NCBI GenBank assembly: GCA_950097015.1
Contig: CATNEN010000007.1
Location: forward strand, 3,720,001-3,784,000
Length of the DNA stretch: 64,000 bases
Source of the DNA: Macrostomum hystrix
Taxonomy: Eukaryota; Animalia; Platyhelminthes
Reading direction: 5' to 3'
Shown here: positions 49,401-60,014 of the stretch, one piece after another
How positions within the stretch are numbered: position 1 is the first letter of the stretch
Layout of the letters: every line of letters starts with the position of its first letter
Translations under genes and position numbers: made by a program
The notes under the pieces: generated by a model
The model's input: only the letters and a program-made list of their open reading frames with translations
Database searches by the model: none
Told to the model about the DNA's origin: nothing

Positions 49401-52400
49401 GGAGTCTGTGTTCAAGGGCGCAGGGGCCCGGCAGAGCTCTGATTCGTCCGTTTCCGCTTTTCCGGGGGCGGCGGGCGAGGGGCTTCGGACTCGAAGCTGA
49501 AGATCTACATTCGAATGAGACCTGCACTGATGTAGGACATGTCTGGGCAGCGGAGCATCCAGCTGTCCGACAGTCCTAGAATGGCCGTGAAACCGTCTCC
49601 ACCAGGTCTGGTGATGGCTTCATGAACCACGACACCGTTTGCTGGCAGATCCGGGTGGATTGCCAACAGCAGTTGGCAACAACAGCGGCGCAGTTCTCCG
49701 GCGTTGGTGATGGCGCAGCGAGCTGGGATCCAAACACGATGACGATGTGTCTGGGGGCGCTCGTCCTCCCTGTAGATAAACAGGTTGCCCATTTCCGTGC
49801 CCCAGTCGAAGGTTTTCAGCATCTCGAGGAGTTGCTGTCCGGACTGGTTGTCGGCAGGCTGGACAATGAGGGCTTGGTCCTGGATGTCGGTCTTCAGGAC
49901 GTGCAGCACAGTGCCGCACAGTGCCAGTTTGACCAGATGAGAGTCCAATCTGCGCCAAATCTGGTCGAGTTGCGCTGTCGAGAGGGGCGTCTCCTGGCCT
50001 CGGATAACCAAGGCCGGCTGCCTCTTTGCCATAGCAGCGTAAGTACGATTTGGCTTTGTGGTTTGGTCGGCGCCTCCCGCAACGGGCCCCCCAGCAGTCG
50101 TCGGAGTTTCCGGATGACTGTGAGAGGTTCCGCCGCGAGAGGAACCGGACGCCCCAGAGGCCTGGGCAGCACTTTTCCGCGCTTCCGGGTTTCCCGGACG
50201 ACGTGAGGAGTCCGCCTCCTTGTTGGGTGCCGGTTCCTCCGCGATGTTCGCAGAGTTGCCGGCCCCCTCCTCGGAGGCGGTGGTTGGCGCGGACTTCGCA
50301 GCCAACCGTCCTTCCTGTTTGCGCCGCCGGAATTCCTGGAAGCGGGCGAAGCTGCGGGCCTGCGTGGCAGGGGAGCGTTTGCTCTTTGATCCAGCCGCTC
50401 TGGTGTTTTCCTGAGTGGCGGAGGAGCAGGATGGGTTTTGGGCGCCGGTGGAACCGGTGTCGCCCTGGCGCTGGTCCTGAGGATCTGCGTCGCCGGCCGG
50501 GGTCAGCGTTTCAGCAGGGTCCTGGGACGTGCTGGAGCTAAAGTTGGACTCCATAGGTCGCTTGAATGACAGAAAATTTTAAATGAAAAATAAAAACCGT
50601 TAACGGCCGGATATACTTCCCGGACCTTTCAGCCCCTCAGCGCGGTGAGACCTTAGGCATAAGAGGGCACCTAGAGCAGTGCCAGGCCCGCAGACTGGCT
50701 GCGTACCCTGTTAAGGTCGAAGGGTGACACCTGTCCCTCAGAGCCGTAGCCAGAGGTACCTGATCACGCACAGGTGCACGAACGCTGCGGACTGGCCGCA
50801 TACCCTGTTAAGGTCAAAGGGTGACACCTTTCCCTCCAGCCAGGGCTAGAGGTACCCAGTTTGGCCAGAGGCCCTGGATGGGTCATCCAGCGCTGTTGCC
50901 CATTCTGTCCGGCTGCCCTAGGGTCAGCCTTGAACACTCGCGGGACGTGTACCCATGGGTCAGCTGACGGGACAGCGTGGAGGGATTCCTGCACCCGAAG
51001 GCACAGGGCTCCTTCCTGCCAAGCCTGCTCAAAAAGCGACTGCAGGTGTGAGGCATCGCAGACCTTAGCCCGTGGGCCTGGACTGACTCATACCTCACAG
51101 GCGTTGTGTCCCGCCGGTGCGAGCCACAACTTAGGCACATGCTACTGGATTCTTCGTCAAAAACTGTACCTAAAACTCGTCACTCGTTCTTCAGATTTTG
51201 CCGGGTATTTTTCATTTCAAATTGACTCGACGTGTGAAACGCTGCCAGCGGACTCAGCAGCCGTATCTGGAGCGACTGTTGCTGTCTGAATCGGCGGTGA
51301 GTTTATGGATTTCTGTGACTGCTTATTCCTGACAATTATTACTGTTCCCTTCCTGAATGCAACTTGCAGATTGCATTTCAGCCCTTGCCTTTAATTTAAT
51401 GAGGCTAATTTCAGTCCTTTAGTTCCAACTTAGCGGCTACGCAAGCTTTAGAACGGGCCCAAAATGTACATTTAGATTTTAAATCGGCAGGCAAAACTAA
51501 ACACCCACCCCACTCCATGACCCACTTTGGTGTGCCAATTGTCCACATATGTACACTGTGTATGTACACTGCGTATGTACATGAACTGGCTGCTGCTGTC
51601 CTTAGCTTCGTCATTTCTGACCCTTCCTAAGACCGAATTTTCTCAACTGGGCTGTTTGCGCAGTACCAAGGCCTAGCCAAGCCTTACCCAGCAAATTAAA
51701 ATTGGAGTCAAACTTGTACTTTTCTTATCGATTCCTGCAAAATACAAGCAGGAAATGAAGTCCCAAAGCCTGCTCCATTTCATCAATTCTTACACTTGCT
51801 TTCATGCTCTATTCGAAGTCTGCAAACAACTAAAATCGGCACAAATTCTTGGAAAAAAACAGAATTCATACCAGTTTAAGACCATCTGAAACACAAGTAG
51901 CGAAATTAATTCCCAGATTTTTAATGCAACATTCTATAGCCAAGCTAAATCCATCATCCATCTACGAACGAGTACAAAAACTAAACTCAGACTGCAGTCA
52001 AGGCCCAAGCTCAACAGAGCCTTATCTTATCGAAAAGTTGTTATATACTGTCATTTAAAAGGCATAATTAAATCAGATAATAGCACTGGATGCTGTCACT
52101 GGCATGAAAATACTACTCTGATACTTATCAAAAGCAGTTCTTTACAAATCATCGAGCTTCGAGAATGATAGTGCCAGCTGCTGCAGTCTCGCACCCGTTT
52201 CACAAGCAGGTGGTCTGGGCAGAACAGCAGCGAATTTATCGACGCTTCAAGCGCTCTGCATCTCCGTTGTTCATGAACGACGAGAAGTGGACCAAGATGT
52301 GGTACCTGGTGAGCGCCGAAGTTAGATAATTGTTTGCTAGCAGAGTGGATAAACTTGCTAGGGAGGTGGGGAAGCGATTAGTGGGTGGGGAAAAAGAGGA

Positions 52401-55400
52401 AGAGAGTAAGTAACGAGCGGGAGAGAGTGGGTAAGGAGCGGGAGAGAGTGGGAGAGTGTGGGAGAGAGAGGGTAAGGAGTGGGAGAGAGTGGGTAAGGAG
52501 CGCGAGAGAGTGGGAGAGAGTGGGTAAGGAGTGGGAGAGAGTGGGAGAGAGTGGGTAAGGAGCGGGAGAGAGTGGGAGAGAGTGGGTAAGGAGCGCGAGA
52601 GAGTGGGAGAGAGTGGGTAAGGAGTGGGAGAGAGCGGGAGAGAGTGGGTAAGGAGTGGGAGAGAGTGGGTAAGGAGTGGGAGAGAGTGGGTAAGGAGCGG
52701 GAGAGAGCGGGTAAGGAGCGCGAGAGAGTGGGAGAGAGAGGGTAAGGAGCGGGAGAGAGTGGGAGAGAGTGGGTAAGGAGCGGGAGAGAGTGGGAGAGAG
52801 TGGGTAAGGAGCGGGAGAGAGTGGGAGAGAGTGGGTAAGGAGCGGGAGAGAGTGGGAGAGAGTGGGTAAGGAGTGGGAGAGAGTGGGAGAGAGTGGGTAA
52901 GGAGCGGGAGAGAGTGGGAGAGAGTGGGTAAGGAGCGGGAGAGAGTGGGAGAGAGTGGGTAAGGAGCGGGAGAGAGCGGGAGAGAGTGGGTAAGGAGCGG
53001 GAGAGAGCGGGAGAGAGTGGGTAAAGAGCGGGAGAGAGCGGGAGAGAGCGGGAGAGAGTGGGAGAGAGTGGGTAAGAAGTGGGAGAGAGTGGGTAAGGAG
53101 CGGGAGAGAGTGGGAGAGAGTGGGTAAGAAGTGGCAGAGAGTGGGTAAGGAGCGGAAGAGAGCTGGAGAGAGTGGGAGAGAGTGGGTAAGAAGTGGGAGA
53201 GAGTGGGTAAGGAGCGGGAGAGAGCGGGAGAGAGTGGGAGAGAGTGGGTAAGGAGCGGGAGAGAGTGGGAGAGAGTGGGTAAGGAGTGGGAGAGAGTGGG
53301 AGAGAGTGGGTAAGGAGCGGGAGAGAGTGGGAGAGAGTGGGTAAGGAGCGGGAGAGAGCGGGAGAGAGTGGGTAAGGAGCGGGAGAGAGCGGGAGAGAGT
53401 GGGTAAAGAGCGGGAGAGAGCGGGAGAGAGCGGGAGAGAGTGGGAGAGAGTGGGTAAGAAGTGGGAGAGAGTGGGTAAGGAGCGGGAGAGAGTGGGAGAG
53501 AGTGGGTAAGAAGTGGCAGAGAGTGGGTAAGGAGCGGAAGAGAGCTGGAGAGAGTGGGAGAGAGTGGGTAAGAAGTGGGAGAGAGTGGGTAAGGAGCGGG
53601 AGAGAGTGGGAGAGAGTGGGTAAGAAGTGGGAGAGAGTGGGTAAGGAGCGGGTGAGAGCCCGCAAGCAACCGTGCCCCACCCGTCCCTCCAGCACGAGCC
53701 AGAGCTTGCGAGGCGGCGGCACCCAAGCGGCGTCCCGGCTCCCAGCATGAACATCGCCGGCGCCTGGCAGTTGGGCTACCACGGCCAGGGCGTGGTGGTC
53801 TGCGTCCTTGACGACGGCATCGAGAAGGAGCACCCGGACCTCAGAGAGAACTATGTGAGAGCATTAGTGACTCCCGGGTATAGGAGAAGCTTCTCAACAA
53901 TGCACAAGGCAGAGCTAGGCCTGTGGGTGAAGCCGCATAGCAATCAAATCACAGCAAACATGAAATGCTAGGTTGTCACGGTATGTCGTTCAGCAATAAA
54001 TATGGTAGGACTGACAAGAGATTTACCTAAAAAGAAAATGGCCCTGCATCAGCTGAGAAGGGATATTGCCTAGCAAGGCCTGTTAAGCATCAGAAACGGC
54101 TGCAGTTCCTGGACGCTGTCCTCCGTATTTGACCAGCCCTGCCCGCATGACTCGACAACGCCAGCTGCCATCCTTGACTGAACAGCCACCTCCAGCCCAC
54201 CCAGCTGTCGCCGCAGACTTCCTGTCCTGTGCGCCTCACGTCGTGCGGTGCGGCCACTTTTCTTAGAAAGCCCAACTTTACCGACGCTTTCAAGTGGGTT
54301 AAAAAGGAAAAACGTTTTGACGCCTTCGTGGTTGAAGCAGAGCTGCGTCCAGAGAGGAAATTGCGGTCCCGTGCCGCTTCTGTGTCTCGCCCTCCCTCTC
54401 CCCTTTCATTCTGGCACACAGTTGCAATGCGACGGACTGTTAAGCAGCATTCACACCTCTGCAGCAGGCCCAGCGCTGCTGTTAAGTGAGGCGAACAAGT
54501 CCGCCAGAGAGGCCACTGTTGACGTGACCGATTTTTCTGTTAGAGAAAGCTTTCCGTGCAATTTAGTGAGGCCGTCTGACATACTGCTGTACAGAGATTC
54601 TCACCTGGGCACTCAGACAAGCGAATCGGTTGCCTTCGCTACAATACTTTCCCCTACCTGCTTCTGAGGTTGTAAAGTATCGTGCTAAATTATAATTGCT
54701 ACCATTTTTATCTGCACCCATCTAGCCTGATCGAAAGATTCCCGAAATTGTTGCGCTTTCCTGCCTGCTTCAGCAGTCGTAAAGTTTTTGTGCTTGCTTA
54801 ATGTTGCGAATCGAAATACTAAGCCAGGTCGGCAGGTCAAGTCATCCATGATTTGATCACGGGAAATTGATTGAATGTTACTTTTGTAGGTACTACGTGG
54901 GTAACCCTGGTTTAAGAGATAGTTAATAACACACACACGGGCTTTTTAAAGTTTTAGTAGCTGGATAATAAAGTATACAGTAGCACGAAATGAGCACATT
55001 GCAGCCCACAAATTCCAGGATCCTGAAGCATCGTTTGACGCCAATAATAACGACCCGGATCCGTCATTTCGGCACACCGTCAGGGACGACAACAAGTTAG
55101 TTCAGGGACTGGGTTGATAGTATGAGTAATAATATATAAGCAGCATGGTATTGTTTAAGGCCAACCAAGAATGATCTACTAAGTATTCGGGTTGTAGCCT
55201 AGCGGTTAGGCCATCGGACTCACTATTTTAAGGTTGGATGTTCGATTCGCGACTCCATTTGAACAATTTGTGTCCTTCAGCAACTCTAGATTGCATTATT
55301 GCATCAGTTCACGCAGCTGTTGATTGGGTACCAGCATGAGCTGCGGTAATTGAGACTGGCTTTCGCACCCCTTGTCCATGGACTGAACAGCTGCACACAG

Positions 55401-57952
55401 CCTTCAGGCAGCTGCGGCTGTGCTGTCCGATTGGGGCAAATGTAAGAAGTTATTATAAAATTACGAGTATTGAGTACGTGTGCTCTTTGTAAATCTTGTA
55501 ATTGTCGTAGTCTACGACAACCACACAGCAGAATTAGCTATTCGTTGAGCTCGATGCTTAAAAACCTGTATAGACTACAAAAACTGCCAGGCCATCTACT
55601 TTCAGTAGAAATATGCGCACATTGAATTTCTTTGTGTTTTAGGCATGGAACTCGCTGCGCAGGTCAGATTGCAGCCCAGGCCAACAACTCCATCTGCATT
55701 CCGGGTGTGGCTTTCCGTTCCCGGATCGGAGGTACGATGATTCAGCTCTCCGCTTGCAGCTTTTCAAGAACATGCGGCTTCTTTGAATGGGATCTCAATG
55801 AACTGACGATCCCTTCCGTTCTCCAACAGCCATTCGCATGTTGGACGGCGACATCACTGACACCGTCGAGACTCTCTCCGTCGGCTACCGACCGCAGCAC
55901 ATTCACGTCTACTCCTCCAGTTGGGGACCGAATGACGACGGCGCCACCCTAGAAGGCCCGGGCAGCCTCACCCAGAAGGCCTTCAGGCTGGGCGTCACCC
56001 GGGGCAGGCGCGGCCTCGGCTCCGTGTTCGTCTGGGCTAGCGGCAACGGCGGCCGCGACGACAACTGCAACACCGATGGCTACACGAACAGCATCTACAC
56101 CCTGTCGGTGGGTTCTGTGTCGGAGTCGGGCTCGGTGCCCTGGTACAGCGAGTCCTGCTCATCCACACTGGCCGCTACCTACTCAAGGTGCGACAGAAAT
56201 AGAACCTTGCTTAACCCTGCCACAAACTTCTTGAGTGCTTGACTTACTTGACTTAGCTGCGGGCTGCATCTGCCAGAGCAGGTGCATTGGGAAGGCGGTG
56301 AAAACAGCTAGTTCTGCCCATTCTGACAGCCCCTGAAAACCGGACGATGCCTCCGAGCCGATGATGAAATCAAAGAGGGGCCCTCGTAAAGATCGTATAG
56401 CGGCATGGATAAAGTGCTCCGCGTTTTTCGTTGTCACACTTGCGAAAGGGACATAGCTCCACTGGCCACCTGGCCCTCCGAATATTTGTCCACCTTTCCT
56501 TGTGTTTGTACTGCATCCAGGGTCTCAATTTAGTGGAAAATTGCTCTGGCTGCTGTGGCAGTTCTAGCAAGCTATGACCCCAGCTCAGTGAGGAATATTT
56601 TCCCTTCCAAATTTCCTATTTAAACTGATCAATTTCCCTACTCGATCCTCCGTAGTGGAGACAGCGGACTTCAGGAGCGCTCCATGGTGACCACCGACCT
56701 GCACGGCCGCTGCACAGAGAACCACACCGGCACCAGCGCCAGCGCGCCCATCGCGGCTGGGATCGTGGCCCTGGCCCTGTCCGCCAATCCCGGTCTCGGC
56801 TGGCGCGACCTGCAACACCTGACTGTCCGCTCGGCTAATCCATCGGATTATCTGCGCACCACCTGGCGGACTAACGGCGTCGGTAGGCGGGTGTCGCACG
56901 AGTTCGGCTACGGCCTCATGGACGCTCTGGAGATGGTGCGCCAGGCTCGCCGCTGGCGCTCGGTGCCCCCGTTAAGAAGCTGCGACGCTGGCAGCCAGCC
57001 GGGACTGTCGGTGACCATAGACGATGGCTACGAGCGAACGTTTCGCCTGACGACGGACGCCTGCGCCGGCCTGGGACCGGACCAGGAGGTGGCCTTCGCT
57101 GAGCACGTCCAAGCCAGGGTGGAGCTGACAGCCACGCGGCGGGGTGGCGTGCAGCTGTGGCTGCACTCTCCACTGGGCACCGTCAGCCAGCTGCTCAGCC
57201 GCAGGCCCAAGGATAAGGTGAGTAGGGAGCGATGGCAATATGGGATGTACGGGGCTTTTGAATAATCTGTGGCCTAACTTGAGCTGATCTATATAAATAA
57301 ATAAAACGAAAATAAATGGCAGGAGATCATTTGTTTCCCCTGGGCTGAGATTCGAACTCTTCACCTCTCAACTAGGAGGCCGAAGCTCCGCCACTGGGCG
57401 AGAACGTCAATAGTCTTGGTTTGAGAATTGATGCAATTGATGGAGACAGCAGACACAAGCAGGCTGGCCAATGAAACCTGAAGCCCAATTCATAACCTAT
57501 ATTTTATTGCTATTGCAGGGAAACGGTGGCTTTCACCTGTGGCCCTTCATGACAGTGCACAACTGGGGCGAACCGCCGAAAGGCACCTGGCAGCTGGTGG
57601 TTCGCTGCGACGGATGCACAGGTGAGGAACGCACAATGCACTTCCAGCTTGCCTGGCCACCATCTTTGCTGGCGACTTACCTAAATTACTCGCGTGCCCC
57701 GCAGCCACTCTGCACAGCTGGTATTTGTTAATTCACGGCACCGGCGACCTGCCAGCCGACCAGGTGATGCCGGTGGTCCCCAGGTCGCAGCCAGGGCAGC
57801 CACCGGTTACAGGCCAGGACAGGCCGACCACCCAGCTGCCTGGAGACGATGCGGCCAAGTTTGGCGGCAGAATCCTCGGTGGCGCTTTGAAAGGGCCGAC
57901 GCTGCAAGCCGCTGCGGTACTGCTGCTTCTGCTGTTGCTTCTAAAGCTATGA
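43475..57952 (+). CDS. Kexin/furin-family proprotein convertase (S8 prodomain, catalytic domain, P domain; ~660 aa). Exons 43475-43657, 51195-51296, 52210-52308, 53693-53854, 55019-55095, 55643-55731, 55830-56187, 56656-57217, 57519-57621, 57705-57952
   Basis: All nine GT-AG junctions are phase-consistent. Signal peptide; prodomain YWAVEV...[13 protein letters not shown]; catalytic Asp (VLDDG), His (KHGTRCAG) and Ser (HTGTSASAP); oxyanion Asn (WASGNGG, so not PC2); P domain (EHVQ...[11 protein letters not shown]...GTWQL). Orthology to a specific PCSK is not resolved. Confidence 0.96.
44060..45618. repeat. 24-bp minisatellite (caccaacactcactgtctctgatt)n, ~65 copies, in convertase intron 1
   Basis: Direct reading; source of the 517-aa SVGESETV artefact ORF. 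Confidence 0.98.
48313..49020 (-). pseudogene. Apurinic-like endonuclease domain of retrotransposon ORF2 (frameshifted at its 3' end)
   Basis: EEP-fold motifs QE, GDxN, D and SDH are all visible in the translation. Confidence 0.9.
49505..50554 (-). pseudogene. Retrotransposon ORF1 (gag-like); probably extended further to ~49070 before frameshifts
   Basis: 349-aa ORF upstream of APE inside the TSD-bounded element, with a low-complexity N-terminus. An acidic tail [16 protein letters not shown] occurs in another frame near 49130-49075. Confidence 0.7.
52410..53652. repeat. Purine-rich compound tandem repeat (gggagagagt / gggtaaggagc units) in convertase intron 3
   Basis: Direct reading; ends ~40 nt before acceptor 53692. 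Confidence 0.96.
55189..55440 (+). mobile_element. tRNA-derived SINE-like element with a CORE-like segment, in convertase intron 5
   Basis: A-box-like tagcctagcggttagg (55194) and B-box gttcgattc (55240), then tgtgtccttcagcaa, which resembles the CORE-SINE TGTGACCTTGGGCAAG. Body shared with 28404-28660. Confidence 0.65.
56238..56580 (-). mobile_element. Degenerate 3' fragment of a LINE related to the 47565-51130 element, in convertase intron 7
   Basis: Same tail (ttgacttagctgc on plus). Translated remnants KHKERWTN and CPF...AEHFI correspond to KHKDRWIN and CPFC...AEHFI of the larger copy. Confidence 0.7.
57336..57400 (-). mobile_element. tRNA-derived SINE head in convertase intron 8
   Basis: Minus strand gcccagtggcggagc...gagttcgaatctc has A- and B-box-like motifs with tRNA-like spacing; no complete acceptor stem seen. 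Confidence 0.5.
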
Positions 57953-58438
57953 CTTGGCTGCTGCTACTGATTTTCTACATCGTTTGCTAACACTAAAACA
58001 GGGATCAGACATTCTTGCTTCGTCGTACTCAATCCTTCTACGAAAAATACCTCAAATTCGCATTGCTGCAGAACAGCTTGGTCTTTGTTCTTGACGAATA
58101 TGTTTGAGTGCATTGTTCCAATACCTCAAACGCGACTGCCGTTGAAGTGGGAAATTTCTTTGAAAATTGCAAAAACTTTTTCTATTAGTATCTCGTTACA
58201 CTCGCATGTTTCATTGTTGACATTAATTCGACAGCCGACACCGTCCTGCCGGTAAAGAAATCGATATTGCATGTGATAATCTCCATTGCTTAATAAAAGG
58301 CGTAACATACCTCTGCGGCCAAGATCTGCTACTATGGCTTTCAATAAACAGAGCACAGAATAAAAATCATTACGTTCATATGACTGCTTGCAGCCAAAAG
58401 CCAAATAACTCACAGAAAACTAACTATAGCTCGTTATA

Positions 58439-59126
58439 CATTTACCGCAGCGTGTTTGCCGTATTGAAGCCAGCCTAGTGCTCATCGCTGATTGGCTAGG
58501 ATCATCATTTACCGCAGCGTGTTTGCCGTATTGAAGCCAGCCTAGTGCTCATCGCTGATTGGCTAGGATCATCATTTACCGCAGCGTGTTTGCCGTATTG
58601 AAGCCAGCCTAGTGCTCATCGCTGATTGGCTAGGATCATCATTTACCGCAGCGTGTTTGCCGTATTGAAGCCAGCCTAGTGCTCATCGCTGATTGGCTAG
58701 GATCATCATTTACCGCAGCGTGTTTGCCGTATTGAAGCCAGCCTAGTGCTCATCGCTGATTGGCTAGGATCATCATTTACCGCAGCGTGTTTGCCGTATT
58801 GAGCCCAGCCTAGTGCTCATCGCTGATTGGCTAGGATCATCATTTACCGCAGCGTGTTTGCCGTATTGAAGCCAGCCTAGTGCTCATCGCTGATTGGCTA
58901 GGATCATCATTTACCGCAGCGTGTTTGCCGTATTGAGCCCAGCCTAGTGCTCATCGCTGATTGGCTAGGATCATCATTTACCGCAGCGTGTTTGCCGTAT
59001 TGAGCCCAGCCTAGTGCTCATCGCTGATTGGCTAGGATCATCATTTACCGCAGCGTGTTTGCCGTATTGAGCCCAGCCTAGTGCTCATCGCTGATTGGCT
59101 AGGATCATCATTTACCGCAGCGTGTT
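58439..59126. repeat. 67-bp tandem repeat, ~10.3 copies, between the convergent convertase and ARIH genes
   Basis: Unit catttaccgcagcgtgtttgccgtattga(ag/gc)ccagcctagtgctcatcgctgattggctaggatcat; period 67 measured. Confidence 0.98.
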
Positions 59127-60014
59127 AGCTGTTTTGAACCCAGCCTTGTCATATATCGATCGAAAGTCATCCCAAAAGGCTGAATTATTCGTTTCAAAGA
59201 ATTAGAAAATTCGCTGGTTAAATCGAAGAGAGAGTTTTCTATGTATATTTTCATATGAAAATGAAAGCTTTCAATGCCATTTTAGCAAGCAATCAAATAG
59301 TTTAGGAGTCGCATAAGTGTTTGCGCCTTTGTAGAGCGGCACCCTTTCAATGACAGACAATGGTAGTGTTTTGCGAAAAAATTGAAAGCAGTGTTTTCGG
59401 AGCAATTTCACAAAGAACAACAATGAACACACCTCATACGCGTTGGTGGCTGCAATAAGCTAAAGAAACTGAATAAGGTTTGCAGGAAATTTCAAATACT
59501 CACTTGCCTTTTCCCATGGTGTCTAGATTCTGGCGAATCAAAATGTTCTGATCTTCGCGCTAAAAATTTTCCCATTTGAAAGTCGATGTGGAAAATGTGA
59601 AAACTCGGTGTTTGAGATCTCCCCCCCCACCGGGAGGACCCAGTTTAGTCAGGACAGGCAAGGAAAAATCAAAAGGTTTTTTGGAAGAGACTAGGCCAGG
59701 CACTTGGGATCGCTGTTCTGCAGTTTCCATGGTGACAAATAAGCAGGTATAAATTTTACCAGACTTGCGACAGCTAGAAGACAGCGAAGCAGATGCTGAC
59801 TAAATAAATGAATAAATAGAAATAAATAAACCAATAAATAACTGACTGCAAACAGGACTGAATGAGTTGCCCACCCACAGCTATTAAAGAAAGTATACAC
59901 AGTTTGCGAACAGTTGTGCTGAGCGGCAGTAATACCCATTTTGCAAATAACAACAGCACCTCTGAGTTCAAATTGAGTCCAGTCAGCTCTGTCTGAGCAC
60001 AGATTTCGGCTCCG

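Larger units (their letters stand above)
47565..51130 (-). mobile_element. Non-LTR retrotransposon (APE-type, RNase H-bearing, Loa/I-like), internally deleted and degenerate, antisense in convertase intron 1
   Basis: TSD ttaggcac at 47557-47564 and 51131-51138 (14 bp with one mismatch if extended); (AAGTC)n-type 3' tail. ORF1 50554-49505; APE endonuclease 49020-48313 ([37 protein letters not shown]); RNase H C-terminal remnant ([12 protein letters not shown]); C-terminal C-x2-C-x8-H-x4-C with an internal TAG. No RT motifs; several frameshifts. Confidence 0.9.

Noticed and set aside
50940-51130. HDV-like ribozyme at the LINE 5' end (L3-like UCCACGC, J4/2-like CUAA)
   Set aside because: I could not assemble P1/P2/P3/P1.1 in the required order; kept only as a generic structured-RNA lead.
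51620-52060. ORF 51849-52058 in convertase intron 2 (and short ORFs at 54090-54936 in intron 4) as transposon remnants
   Set aside because: No recognisable motifs, termini or TSDs.
9046-57952. A neuropeptide-signalling gene cluster (two peptide GPCRs, a secreted protein and a convertase)
   Set aside because: The genes are on mixed strands, are separated by unrelated genes and many kb of repeats, and belong to large families; the small secreted protein has no dibasic sites. Co-location alone is not evidence.
58439-59126. 67-bp array as a CRISPR array or tandem hammerhead ribozymes
   Set aside because: No unique spacers and a eukaryotic context. The minus-strand gcgatgag...gcaaac...gta only mimics CUGAUGA...GAAAC...GUH and violates several invariant core positions.
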